Part shown: positions 56,475 to 64,000 of the stretch, piece by piece | Numbering within the stretch: position 1 is the first letter of the stretch | Layout: the number at the start of each line of letters is the position of its first letter | Assembly (NCBI GenBank): GCA_963734955.1 | Contig: CAVTJO010000011.1 | Coordinates: 457,698-521,697 of the forward strand | Direction of reading: 5' to 3' | Length of the DNA stretch: 64,000 nucleotides | Origin: an uncultured Bacteroidota bacterium | GTDB lineage: Bacteria; Bacteroidota; Ignavibacteria; UBA10030; UBA6906 | Notes under the pieces: generated by a model | The model's database searches: none | The model's input: the letters and a program-made list of their open reading frames with translations, nothing else | Told to the model about the DNA's origin: nothing | Program-made: the position numbers and the translations under genes

Positions 56475-57074
56475 ATGGACTCCAAATCGCCTGCACCAAA
56501 ATTCTTCTCCACTCAATCTGCTTTTCGTAAGTGGCTCGTAAAGCATCACAACACATCGTCAGAGCTCCTTGTGGGATACTACAAAACAAATTCAGGCAGG
56601 AAGAGCATCACCTGGCCTCAATCTGTCGACGAAGCTCTCTGCTTCGGCTGGATTGACGGCGTTCGCAAGTCGATCGACGATCTCAGCTACACAATTCGGT
56701 TTACCCCGCGTAGAAACAATAGTATCTGGAGTGCGGTGAATACCGGACGTGCGAAGGAGCTGATACACCTGAACTTGATGGCGCCTCCCGGACTTGAGGC
56801 GTTCAACAAGAGGGATGAAAAGAGAACTCAACGGTATTCCTTCGAGCAAAAGAACGTCAGGCTTGGGCCTGCATATGAACGCAGATTAAGAGCAAACAAA
56901 AAGGCATGGACATTCTTTCACTCTCTGGCCCCTTCAACAAGAAAACCTTCCATGTGGTGGGTCATGAGCGCCAAGAAGGAAGAAACCCAACGCAGGCGAC
57001 TTGATGTACTGATCACAGCCTCGGCACAAGGGCAACTCATACCTCCATTGAAGCTTCTCAAGAGAACACGGTAA
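56475..57074 (+). CDS. YdeI/OmpD-associated family protein (DUF1801/bacteriocin-protection like)
   Basis: 199 aa. Sequence FRKWLVKHH...ELLVGYYK...ITW..SVDEALCFGWIDG...I.FTPRR..S.WS..N and a C-terminal basic region are typical of the YdeI family. Confidence 0.55.
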   Translation: MDSKSPAPKFFSTQSAFRKWLVKHHNTSSELLVGYYKTNSGRKSITWPQSVDEALCFGWIDGVRKSIDDLSYTIRFTPRRNNSIWSAVNTGRAKELIHLNLMAPPGLEAFNKRDEKRTQRYSFEQKNVRLGPAYERRLRANKKAWTFFHSLAPSTRKPSMWWVMSAKKEETQRRRLDVLITASAQGQLIPPLKLLKRTR

Positions 57075-57078
57075 ACGC

Positions 57079-57519
57079 ATGTGGACATGTCCTAAGTGCA
57101 GGCACAAATTTGTCAACAGGAATCAATCCCATTCGTGCGGACACTACACAGTGGAAGATTTCCTGGAGGGCAAATCAGAACAGGCAACGAGGTTGTTTCA
57201 CGATTTCCTGGCAGCATACCGGACAATCGGGACATTCAAACTTCATCCCGTGAAGACGAGGATTGCCCTCATGACGAAGATGCGTTTCTGCTCAATCAAC
57301 TCAATTGGTCCGGATTACCTGGCCGGCCATCTCGTTCTACGACAATCGTACGCGAACAACCACTGCTTCTACAAAATCGATAACCTGGCTGACAAATTCT
57401 TCATCCATTACTTCAGGATTCATACAAAGAAAGACATTACGTCCGAACTCAAACGGCATATGCGGCTCGCCTATGCTGTTGGGGAGCGCAAACGCTTGAG
57501 GGGCCGCGGAACAAGCTGA
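57079..57519 (+). CDS. Zinc-ribbon-containing protein (DUF5655-like)
   Basis: 146 aa. The start MWTCPKCRHKFVNRNQSHSC is a CxxC...H.C N-terminal motif. Confidence 0.35.
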   Translation: MWTCPKCRHKFVNRNQSHSCGHYTVEDFLEGKSEQATRLFHDFLAAYRTIGTFKLHPVKTRIALMTKMRFCSINSIGPDYLAGHLVLRQSYANNHCFYKIDNLADKFFIHYFRIHTKKDITSELKRHMRLAYAVGERKRLRGRGTS

Positions 57520-57620
57520 ACTGCCGGGTTGTTTAAGGAGAGATTCCCGGAAAGAGCTCCGCCGATCCATCGGCCCGATTAGGCCTCATACGAACGAACA
57601 AAATCAACAGGGACCATTCG

Positions 57621-58127
57621 ATGAACCCTCGAATACTTGCCATTGCGCTGCTCGCGTGTACTACTGCACTGAGCGCAGGCGATAGGGAGCTCAAGCTCTA
57701 TTCTGCTGAAAAGAAAGGATTTGTAATGGTGGACAAGATTGTCAAGAGCGATGATGATTGGAAGAAACAGCTCACCCCGTTGCAGTTCGACGTCACCCGC
57801 AAGAAGGGAACCGAACGGGCATTCAGCGGAGAGTACTGGAACAACCACGAAAAGGGAATCTACAAATGCGTTTGCTGCGGAACGGATTTGTTCTCGTCGG
57901 ACACGAAGTTCGAATCAGGGACAGGCTGGCCGAGCTTCTCGCAGCCCATTGCAAAGGGGAATGTCAAGGAGGAGTCCGACAACAGTTTCTTCATGCGCCG
58001 CACGGAAGTCCTTTGCGCCCGGTGCGATGCCCACCTCGGTCACGTGTTCGACGACGGCCCCCAACCGACCGGGCTGCGATATTGCATGAACTCGGCATCG
58101 CTGAAGTTTATGAAAACGGAGAAGTGA
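57621..58127 (+). CDS. msrB: Peptide-methionine (R)-S-oxide reductase MsrB with signal peptide
   Basis: A signal peptide ([19 protein letters not shown]) is followed by the SelR domain. The two CxxC pairs are CVCCGTDLF and [16 protein letters not shown]. Confidence 0.85.
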   Translation: MNPRILAIALLACTTALSAGDRELKLYSAEKKGFVMVDKIVKSDDDWKKQLTPLQFDVTRKKGTERAFSGEYWNNHEKGIYKCVCCGTDLFSSDTKFESGTGWPSFSQPIAKGNVKEESDNSFFMRRTEVLCARCDAHLGHVFDDGPQPTGLRYCMNSASLKFMKTEK

Positions 58128-58329
58128 TCCTTCACGAGCAAAGGTGCTCTCGAATGCAGAAGGGCAAATAGAAAAAGAAACCCATTGTGATAGTATCGGC
58201 GAAATTGTCCGTGAAGCGGGGCTGCCCGGAGAACCTTCCAGACGATGGCGGGAAGCACGCTTACCACACTCGCTCAAAAGGCTGGAAACAACAACGAGCG
58301 GGCGTTCACTATCGCAGGCTTCACACAGA

Positions 58330-59289
58330 TCAGAGTTGCAGCAGGTGGACCGCAAACCCTCCGATTTCCTTGTCAAGGTACACAGTCGCGAGCTTCCCGT
58401 TCCTTTCTGATTTCGTCTCCTCCTTTAGCCCAATACCATTCCTGGCAAAGTGGGCAACCGCCCGCTCGATAAAGTTCGTGCCGATCGCAATGTGGCCGTG
58501 AGTGCCAAGATATTGGGTCTTCAGGAATTCAAATTGACCTCCGACAAAGATGGACGAGGCTCCATCTTTGACAGGAAGATGGAGCAATTGAGAGACAAGT
58601 GATGCACCCTGAGTCGCCGCCGTCGCATCAGGATTGTTGATGCCGACATGTGTCAGCTGGAACCCGAGCATCCTGGCAACGGTTTGTCCGGCAAGCTTCT
58701 GTATCTCGTCAAAGCGCTTGTCGGCAATCATCTCTGACTTCACCATCCAGCTCCCGCCACACGCAAGCACCTTTGAGAACTTCAGGTATGGCAGGAACTT
58801 CGTCTCGTCAATCCCTCCGGTTGGAATGAACCGGATATTCTTGAACGGCGCGCTGATGGCCTTGAGATAGTCGAGCCCGCCGCTTGCTTCGGCCGGGAAG
58901 AATTTCACCACCTCCAGGCCCATCTCAATGGCCGCCTCAATCTCGGTGGGAGTTGCAACACCGGGAGTTACCACGATCCCGTTCTTCAAACAGTGTTCAA
59001 CCACCTTGCGGTTGAGTCCGGGCGACACGATGTATTTCGCTCCGCAATCGACCGCGATCTTCGCCTGATCGACGGTGAGAACAGTTCCCGCACCAAGTAA
59101 CATCGCCGGATGTTCCTTTGCAATCCGGAGCATTGCAGCTTTCGCAGCATCGGTCCGCAAGGTGACTTCCATTGTCGAGAGCCCGCCATCGAGGAGAGCC
59201 CGTGCCAGCGGCCCGGCATTCTCCTCATCGTCAATAACAACAACGGGAATGATGCCAATGAGCCCAAGTTGTTCAAGCATGGAATTCAT
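58330..59289 (-). CDS. eda: KDPG/KHG aldolase (Eda) fused to a C-terminal VOC/glyoxalase-like domain
   Basis: 319 aa. The first ~205 aa are Eda-like (GIIPVVVIDD...STMEVTLRT..A......GAGTVL...Q...A...GA.YIVSPG; catalytic Lys in EVVKFFPA). The last ~110 aa (LTHVGINNPDA...HIAIGTNFIERAVAHFARNG) resemble a VOC domain. Confidence 0.7.
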   Translation of the reverse strand: MNSMLEQLGLIGIIPVVVIDDEENAGPLARALLDGGLSTMEVTLRTDAAKAAMLRIAKEHPAMLLGAGTVLTVDQAKIAVDCGAKYIVSPGLNRKVVEHCLKNGIVVTPGVATPTEIEAAIEMGLEVVKFFPAEASGGLDYLKAISAPFKNIRFIPTGGIDETKFLPYLKFSKVLACGGSWMVKSEMIADKRFDEIQKLAGQTVARMLGFQLTHVGINNPDATAATQGASLVSQLLHLPVKDGASSIFVGGQFEFLKTQYLGTHGHIAIGTNFIERAVAHFARNGIGLKEETKSERNGKLATVYLDKEIGGFAVHLLQL

Positions 59290-59301
59290 CGCTTTTGTCC
59301 G

Positions 59302-60756
59302 TCAGACAACATATGCCGTGGACGCCGTATCACCGCCGCGACCCGTCCAGTTGGTATGGAAGAACTGGCCGCGAGGTTTGTCAATCCGCTCGTATTGATG
59401 AGCACCGAAAAAGTCCCGCTGCGCCTGCAGGAGATTTGCCGGAAGCCGGGCGTTACGATAGCCGTCAAAGTAGTTCAGCGCCGTTGAGAATGCAGGTATC
59501 CACACACCATTGGTAACCGCCGCCGAGATCACCCGTCGCCATGCAGCCTGCGAGGCTTCGATTCTCTCTTTGAAGTATGGGTCAAGCAGCAGGTTTGCGA
59601 GCTTGGGATTCCTGTCAAAGGCCTCCTTGATCTTCCCGAGGAACGCCGACCTGATGATGCACCCGCCGCGCCACATCATGGCCACGCCGCCGTAGTTCAG
59701 GTTCCATTTGAATTCCGCCGCTGCAGCATGCATTAGTGTAAAACCTTGCGCATACGATACTATCTTCGATGCGTACAATGCGTGCTCCAGATCCTGCAGG
59801 AGAGCGGTCTTGTCGCCTTTGAAGATTTCCTTCGGACCGCTCAACACCTTCGCAGCGGCCACCCGGTCTTCCTTGATGGCGGAAAGGCAACGGGCAAACA
59901 CCGCCTCGCTGATGAGTGTGAGGGGAATACCAAGATCCAGCGAAGTGACACTCGTCCATTTTCCGGTTCCCTTCTGCCCTGCCGTATCAAGGATATTGTC
60001 AACCAGTGGTTTGCCGTCCGTGTCTTTGAACGCAAGGATATCTCGCGTGATCTCAATGAGATAGCTGTCGAGGATGCCCGTGTTCCACTTCTTGAACACC
60101 TCATGCATCTCTGTCGCGCTCATGCCAAGCAGCTCTTTCATTATCTGGTAGGCCTCGCAGATGAGCTGCATGTCGCCGTACTCAATGCCGTTGTGCACCA
60201 TCTTCACGAAATGTCCGGCGCCGTTCTCTCCCACCCAGTCACAGCATGGCGTGCCATCGGCGACCTTGGCGGCAATGGACTGGAAGATCGGTTTCACATG
60301 AGGCCATGCTGCAGGTGACCCGCCCGGCATAATTGACGGGCCGTTCAATGCTCCTTCTTCGCCTCCGGAAACACCTGTTCCAATGAAGAGCAGGCCCTTG
60401 CTCTCGAGATATTTCGTCCGACGCATGGTATCGGGGTAGTGGGAATTCCCACCGTCGATGATAATGTCTCCTTTCTGAAGATGCGGGACCAGCAGCTCGA
60501 TGAATTCATCGACCGGATCGCCCGCTTTCACCATCAGCATTACCTTCCGTGGCGACTTCAGTGCCGCGACCAGAGCCTCGATCGAATGAGTACCGATGAT
60601 CATCTTCCCCTTTGCGCGTCCGCTGATAAAGTGATCGACTTTAGCCACCGTGCGATTGAAGACCGCAACCCTAAAACCGTGGTTTGCCATGTTCAGCACA
60701 AGGTTTTCACCCATCACAGCCAGACCAACAAGGCCGATATCCGCTCTCTCTTGCAT
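59302..60756 (-). CDS. gnd: 6-phosphogluconate dehydrogenase, decarboxylating
   Basis: 484 aa. The N-terminal NAD(P)-binding site is [22 protein letters not shown]. Conserved motifs include [11 protein letters not shown] and [12 protein letters not shown]. Confidence 0.9.
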   Translation of the reverse strand: MQERADIGLVGLAVMGENLVLNMANHGFRVAVFNRTVAKVDHFISGRAKGKMIIGTHSIEALVAALKSPRKVMLMVKAGDPVDEFIELLVPHLQKGDIIIDGGNSHYPDTMRRTKYLESKGLLFIGTGVSGGEEGALNGPSIMPGGSPAAWPHVKPIFQSIAAKVADGTPCCDWVGENGAGHFVKMVHNGIEYGDMQLICEAYQIMKELLGMSATEMHEVFKKWNTGILDSYLIEITRDILAFKDTDGKPLVDNILDTAGQKGTGKWTSVTSLDLGIPLTLISEAVFARCLSAIKEDRVAAAKVLSGPKEIFKGDKTALLQDLEHALYASKIVSYAQGFTLMHAAAAEFKWNLNYGGVAMMWRGGCIIRSAFLGKIKEAFDRNPKLANLLLDPYFKERIEASQAAWRRVISAAVTNGVWIPAFSTALNYFDGYRNARLPANLLQAQRDFFGAHQYERIDKPRGQFFHTNWTGRGGDTASTAYVV

Positions 60757-60823
60757 GTCTACCGTCTCTCTCTCAAGTAGTTGTTATAGAATTGATGTGT
60801 TCGGAACGACATCACGTTGCACT

Positions 60824-61933
60824 TCATCGCTTGATCCTCGCGCTGCCGCCTTTCATTACGTGCATCGTTTCCTCCATTGTCACCATGCTTGTATCACCCC
60901 GCGTGGTCTGGAGCAAGGCACCATGCGCGGCTCCGAGCTCGACACATTCCTGCGGGGTCATTCCATGCAGGAGGCCGTAGATGACACCACTGCAGAATCC
61001 ATCCCCGCCACCCACGCGGTCCTCAATCTCGAGGTCCATGTATTTCCTCGACTGATGAAATGAACCGCCGTAAAACATGATCGCCGACCAGTTATTGACC
61101 AGCCCGCTGACAACCTCTCGCAACGTCGTGCCGACCGCATGTATGTTCGGGTATGTCTTCACGACCTTCTTTACCATCTTCTGGTAACCTTCAACCGAAA
61201 GCTGTTTCAGACTTTCGTCCGCCCCTTCGACTTCAAACCCGAGGACCTTCTGAAAGTCTTCCTCATTGCCAATGAGAACATCGATGAAAGGAACGAGTTT
61301 CCTCGTGACCTCAATGGCCTTCTTGCTTGTCCAGAGCTTGCTCCGGAAATTCAGATCATAGCTCACAATTGCCCCGTGGTCGTGAGCGGCCTTCATCGAT
61401 TGAAAAGCAACATCCGCACACGAATCGCTGAGCGCCGTGAAGATTCCGCCTGTATGGAACCAACGGACTCTTCGCCTGGAAAAGACGCTCTGCCAGTCCA
61501 CATCCCCTGGTTTCATGTGTGCGATGGCGGTGTGTCCTCTATCGTAAAGAGTCACACTTGCACGCACTCCGATTCCAACCTCTGTAAAATTCAGTCCGAT
61601 CCTGTCCGTCCGGCCGCTGCCATCATACGGCACCCACACCACTTCGCTTATATCCATGCCACTTCCCTTGGCATGATTGCGGATAAAGTGACCGAGGGGA
61701 TTATCCACAAGCCGCGAGACCCAGCCAGTCCGCATTCCGTATCGCGCAAGTGCATACGCGACATTGTATTCGCCACCACCCGCATATGCTTCAAACACCG
61801 GTGTCAGATCAATACGCTGGTGACCGGGAGGGCTGAGGCGAATCATGCACTCACCAAGAGCCAGCAAGTCAAATTCACACTCAGATGCGGGTCGAATTGT
61901 CAGCGCCATGCTATTTGTCAGTTTGGTGGGCAA
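60824..61933 (-). CDS. PfkB-family sugar(-acid) kinase, 2-dehydro-3-deoxygluconokinase-like
   Basis: 369 aa. The ribokinase-family ATP/anion-hole motif is DRVGGGDGFCSGVIYGLL. The N-terminal substrate lid is GGGEYNVAYALARYG. Confidence 0.7.
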   Translation of the reverse strand: MPTKLTNSMALTIRPASECEFDLLALGECMIRLSPPGHQRIDLTPVFEAYAGGGEYNVAYALARYGMRTGWVSRLVDNPLGHFIRNHAKGSGMDISEVVWVPYDGSGRTDRIGLNFTEVGIGVRASVTLYDRGHTAIAHMKPGDVDWQSVFSRRRVRWFHTGGIFTALSDSCADVAFQSMKAAHDHGAIVSYDLNFRSKLWTSKKAIEVTRKLVPFIDVLIGNEEDFQKVLGFEVEGADESLKQLSVEGYQKMVKKVVKTYPNIHAVGTTLREVVSGLVNNWSAIMFYGGSFHQSRKYMDLEIEDRVGGGDGFCSGVIYGLLHGMTPQECVELGAAHGALLQTTRGDTSMVTMEETMHVMKGGSARIKR

Positions 61934-61990
61934 GGGTATCCTGCTTGATCATCTCAAACGTCCGGAAGGGTTGATGTCATCGCGTGTATC

Positions 61991-63112
61991 CTACCGCTGA
62001 ATGCGCGCTGATCCACCTTTTGCAAATGCCCACACCTGATCGACTGTCGCCATCGTCGTGTCGCCAGGGAATGTCGTGAGCAGCGCACCATGGGCCCAGC
62101 CAAGTTTCACGGAGTCATCGGGGGTTTCACCCGCCAGCAGCCCATAGAAGAGCCCGCTGGCAAATCCATCACCTCCACCGACTCGATCCAGAACTTGCAG
62201 TTCACACGTCGGCGCGACATACGTCTTCCCTTCAATCCATGCCACCGCACTCCAACTATGGCTGTGCGTCGAGTGAACTTCACGCAGCGTCGTTGCTATT
62301 ACCTTCACTCCGGGATGCTTCGCGACCACGCGTTCAATCATCCCAAGAAAGGTGCTAGGATCCAGTTTCGACTTTGATGCCACTTCGGGACCCGGGATAC
62401 CAAGCCCCTTCTGCAAATCCTCTTCGTTGCCGACCAATACGTCTGCATTGTCAACGATACGGGCTATGACCTCAACGGCTCTCTTTTGTCCCCCCCAGAT
62501 ATTCCACAGTTTCTCCCTGAAATTCAAATCGAAACTCACGATCGCGCCAGCCCGCTTTGCTGCTTTCATTCCTTCAATAATAAGTCCGCCGGTCGTTTCA
62601 GACAATGCTGCAAAAATCCCCCCACTATGGAACCAGCGGACACCGTTCGAGAAGATCGCGTTCCAATCAAAGTCCCCGGGCTTCAATTGCGCGGCAGCTT
62701 CATTCGAACGGTTGTAGAACACCACAGGTGCCCGCACACCGTAGCCACGGTCACTGTAGACCGCGGCCATGTTCGGGCCGTTCACACCATTGTGCTTGAA
62801 CCGTCTGTAAAACGGTTTCACACCCATTGCCTTCACCCGCTCGGCAATCAAGTCACCAATGGGGTATTCAACCAACGCGGTCGCGATTCCTGTATTCAGG
62901 CCAAAGCAGTCAGCCAAATTCGCCGCGACGTTGTACTCACCACCGCTCACGTGAATTTGACATTCGGTTGCTTTTCGAAATGGAATTATCCCCGGATCAA
63001 GACGGTGCACCAGTGCACCAAGCGAAACGAGATCCAGAGATCCCTCCGTACGAGTCTTCAAACCAGTCATAATTGGTCGACCCTTTCTCTCTCGTGAGTC
63101 TGTCCTTGTCAA
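61991..63112 (-). CDS. PfkB-family sugar(-acid) kinase, tandem paralog
   Basis: 373 aa, collinear with 60824..61933. Motifs are SGGEYNVAANLADCFG and DRVGGGDGFASGLFYGLL. Confidence 0.7.
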   Translation of the reverse strand: MTRTDSRERKGRPIMTGLKTRTEGSLDLVSLGALVHRLDPGIIPFRKATECQIHVSGGEYNVAANLADCFGLNTGIATALVEYPIGDLIAERVKAMGVKPFYRRFKHNGVNGPNMAAVYSDRGYGVRAPVVFYNRSNEAAAQLKPGDFDWNAIFSNGVRWFHSGGIFAALSETTGGLIIEGMKAAKRAGAIVSFDLNFREKLWNIWGGQKRAVEVIARIVDNADVLVGNEEDLQKGLGIPGPEVASKSKLDPSTFLGMIERVVAKHPGVKVIATTLREVHSTHSHSWSAVAWIEGKTYVAPTCELQVLDRVGGGDGFASGLFYGLLAGETPDDSVKLGWAHGALLTTFPGDTTMATVDQVWAFAKGGSARIQR

Positions 63113-64000
63113 TTCCGAAGCCTGTAAAGCACCTGTCCGGCATTCTCAACCACAAGCATCTCGTCATCCTGCTCCATTCGCAGCCTCTCAAGATCGATGG
63201 TGCCGGGGTCACGATAACCCAGGTTCACCCTCTTGCATATCTCCTCGGGAATTGAGGTTGCCAGAGTGACAGAAATGCGCGGGTGTTCTGTACCATGGTC
63301 GAACGTGCCGATTCCCTTCACGTTGGTTGAGTGGGCAAGGATGAGCCTGGACTCACTCGAGAACTTCTCCCATTGCTTGACAAAAAAATCCTTTACATGA
63401 TACCCCACACGATTGATCGCCTCACCGTGGGTAAGGGAAAGCTCGCGGATGTGGGGACCATAGATGATCACCTCGCCCCCTTCCGCGACAACGGGCTCGA
63501 GTTTGTACATCGCCTTGCCGGCAACCCAGATGTCGTCATAGATTTCCGGGGTGACACCAACGATCTTCCGGTAGGGTCGCTCAAGGTATTTGATATGAAG
63601 CTTCGCAGAGTAATCGGCTGCCAACGACCATGCCGTCTTCGGTTCCCCAACAAATAGACACGCGAGTCGATGACGTTCGTCCACCGCAAATGCAAAGCAG
63701 ATCCTGGGAGTCTCGAGGAATGTTGCCGCCCTGTCAATGACTCTGCGTGTGGGCGTATCCTTCACACCGTTGACCACCGGATTTGTGATCACAGCTGCAA
63801 GCCAATGAAACGCTTCGATGAGATCGATACCGCCGATGCCGGGAAAGAAATACTTGTTTCCTCCGGCGAACCCCATTGCCTCATGAGGTACAACCGGTGA
63901 CACAATCAGAATGTAATCGTATTCTGTTGCCTTCCTGTTGATCGTGATATTGATATCCTGATCGAACAACCCATCCGTGAGTTTCGAGATCTCACTACCC
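63109..64000 (-). CDS. LarA-like (DUF2088 / nickel-pincer-dependent racemase-epimerase family) protein, 5' end probably beyond window
   Basis: At least 286 aa are visible, including HEAMGFAGGNKYFFPG and HPRISV. The reading frame stays open to the window end, so the true start is likely upstream of 64000. It is translationally coupled to the kinase gene. The family assignment is tentative. Confidence 0.35.
   Translation of the reverse strand, partial: GSEISKLTDGLFDQDINITINRKATEYDYILIVSPVVPHEAMGFAGGNKYFFPGIGGIDLIEAFHWLAAVITNPVVNGVKDTPTRRVIDRAATFLETPRICFAFAVDERHRLACLFVGEPKTAWSLAADYSAKLHIKYLERPYRKIVGVTPEIYDDIWVAGKAMYKLEPVVAEGGEVIIYGPHIRELSLTHGEAINRVGYHVKDFFVKQWEKFSSESRLILAHSTNVKGIGTFDHGTEHPRISVTLATSIPEEICKRVNLGYRDPGTIDLERLRMEQDDEMLVVENAGQVLYRLRN

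Noticed and set aside
1-64000. Mobile elements, CRISPR arrays, rRNA/tRNA genes
   Set aside because: I found no transposase or integrase-like ORFs, no regularly spaced direct repeats, and no rRNA-like or obvious tRNA cloverleaf sequences by eye. A short tRNA could still have been missed without a covariance scan.

Overview
The window is a GC-rich (~55%) chromosomal segment from what looks like a T9SS-bearing FCB-group bacterium (Bacteroidota/Ignavibacteriota-like). The evidence is four proteins ending in the TIGR04183-type Por C-terminal sorting domain ('NYPNPFNP(T/S)T.IR(F/Y)'), a gldA/gldF/gldG-like ABC module with DUF4340, a complete Bat/MoxR aerotolerance-type operon, and a TTTG...TAnnTTTG-like promoter. 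Coding density is high and there are long runs of minus-strand genes. I found no transposase, integrase, CRISPR array, rRNA or tRNA.

Recognisable content, in order along the window:
- a partial 17-heme c7-type polymeric cytochrome c, with an upstream membrane-anchored TPR protein and a His-rich membrane protein
- T9SS cargo proteins (BNR/sialidase-like, SBBP propeller, Fn3)
- a periplasmic-type amidase
- the gld-like ABC transporter
- a fused alpha/beta 2-oxoacid dehydrogenase E1
- the Bat operon (moxR, DUF58, DUF4381, batA to batE)
- a Reg_prop/Y_Y_Y hybrid sensor kinase with a LuxR-type response regulator
- a polyphosphate module (Ppx/GppA, CHAD, SixA)
- moaD/moaE/moaA
- glk, pgl and an OpcA-like gene
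- an RND efflux operon
- an orphan methyltransferase-like gene with permuted motifs
- a pterin dehydratase, tandem PAP2-like paralogs, and msrB
- a sugar-acid cluster: an Eda-VOC fusion, gnd, two KdgK-like kinases and a LarA-like partial gene

The items most worth a second look are the cytochrome cluster, two distant paralogous pseudopilin-like small proteins, the orphan methyltransferase, the LarA-like/kinase sugar-acid cluster, and four genes broken by short indels (these could be assembly errors or pseudogenes). The supplied ORF track appears to allow non-ATG starts and to omit ORFs truncated by the window edge.
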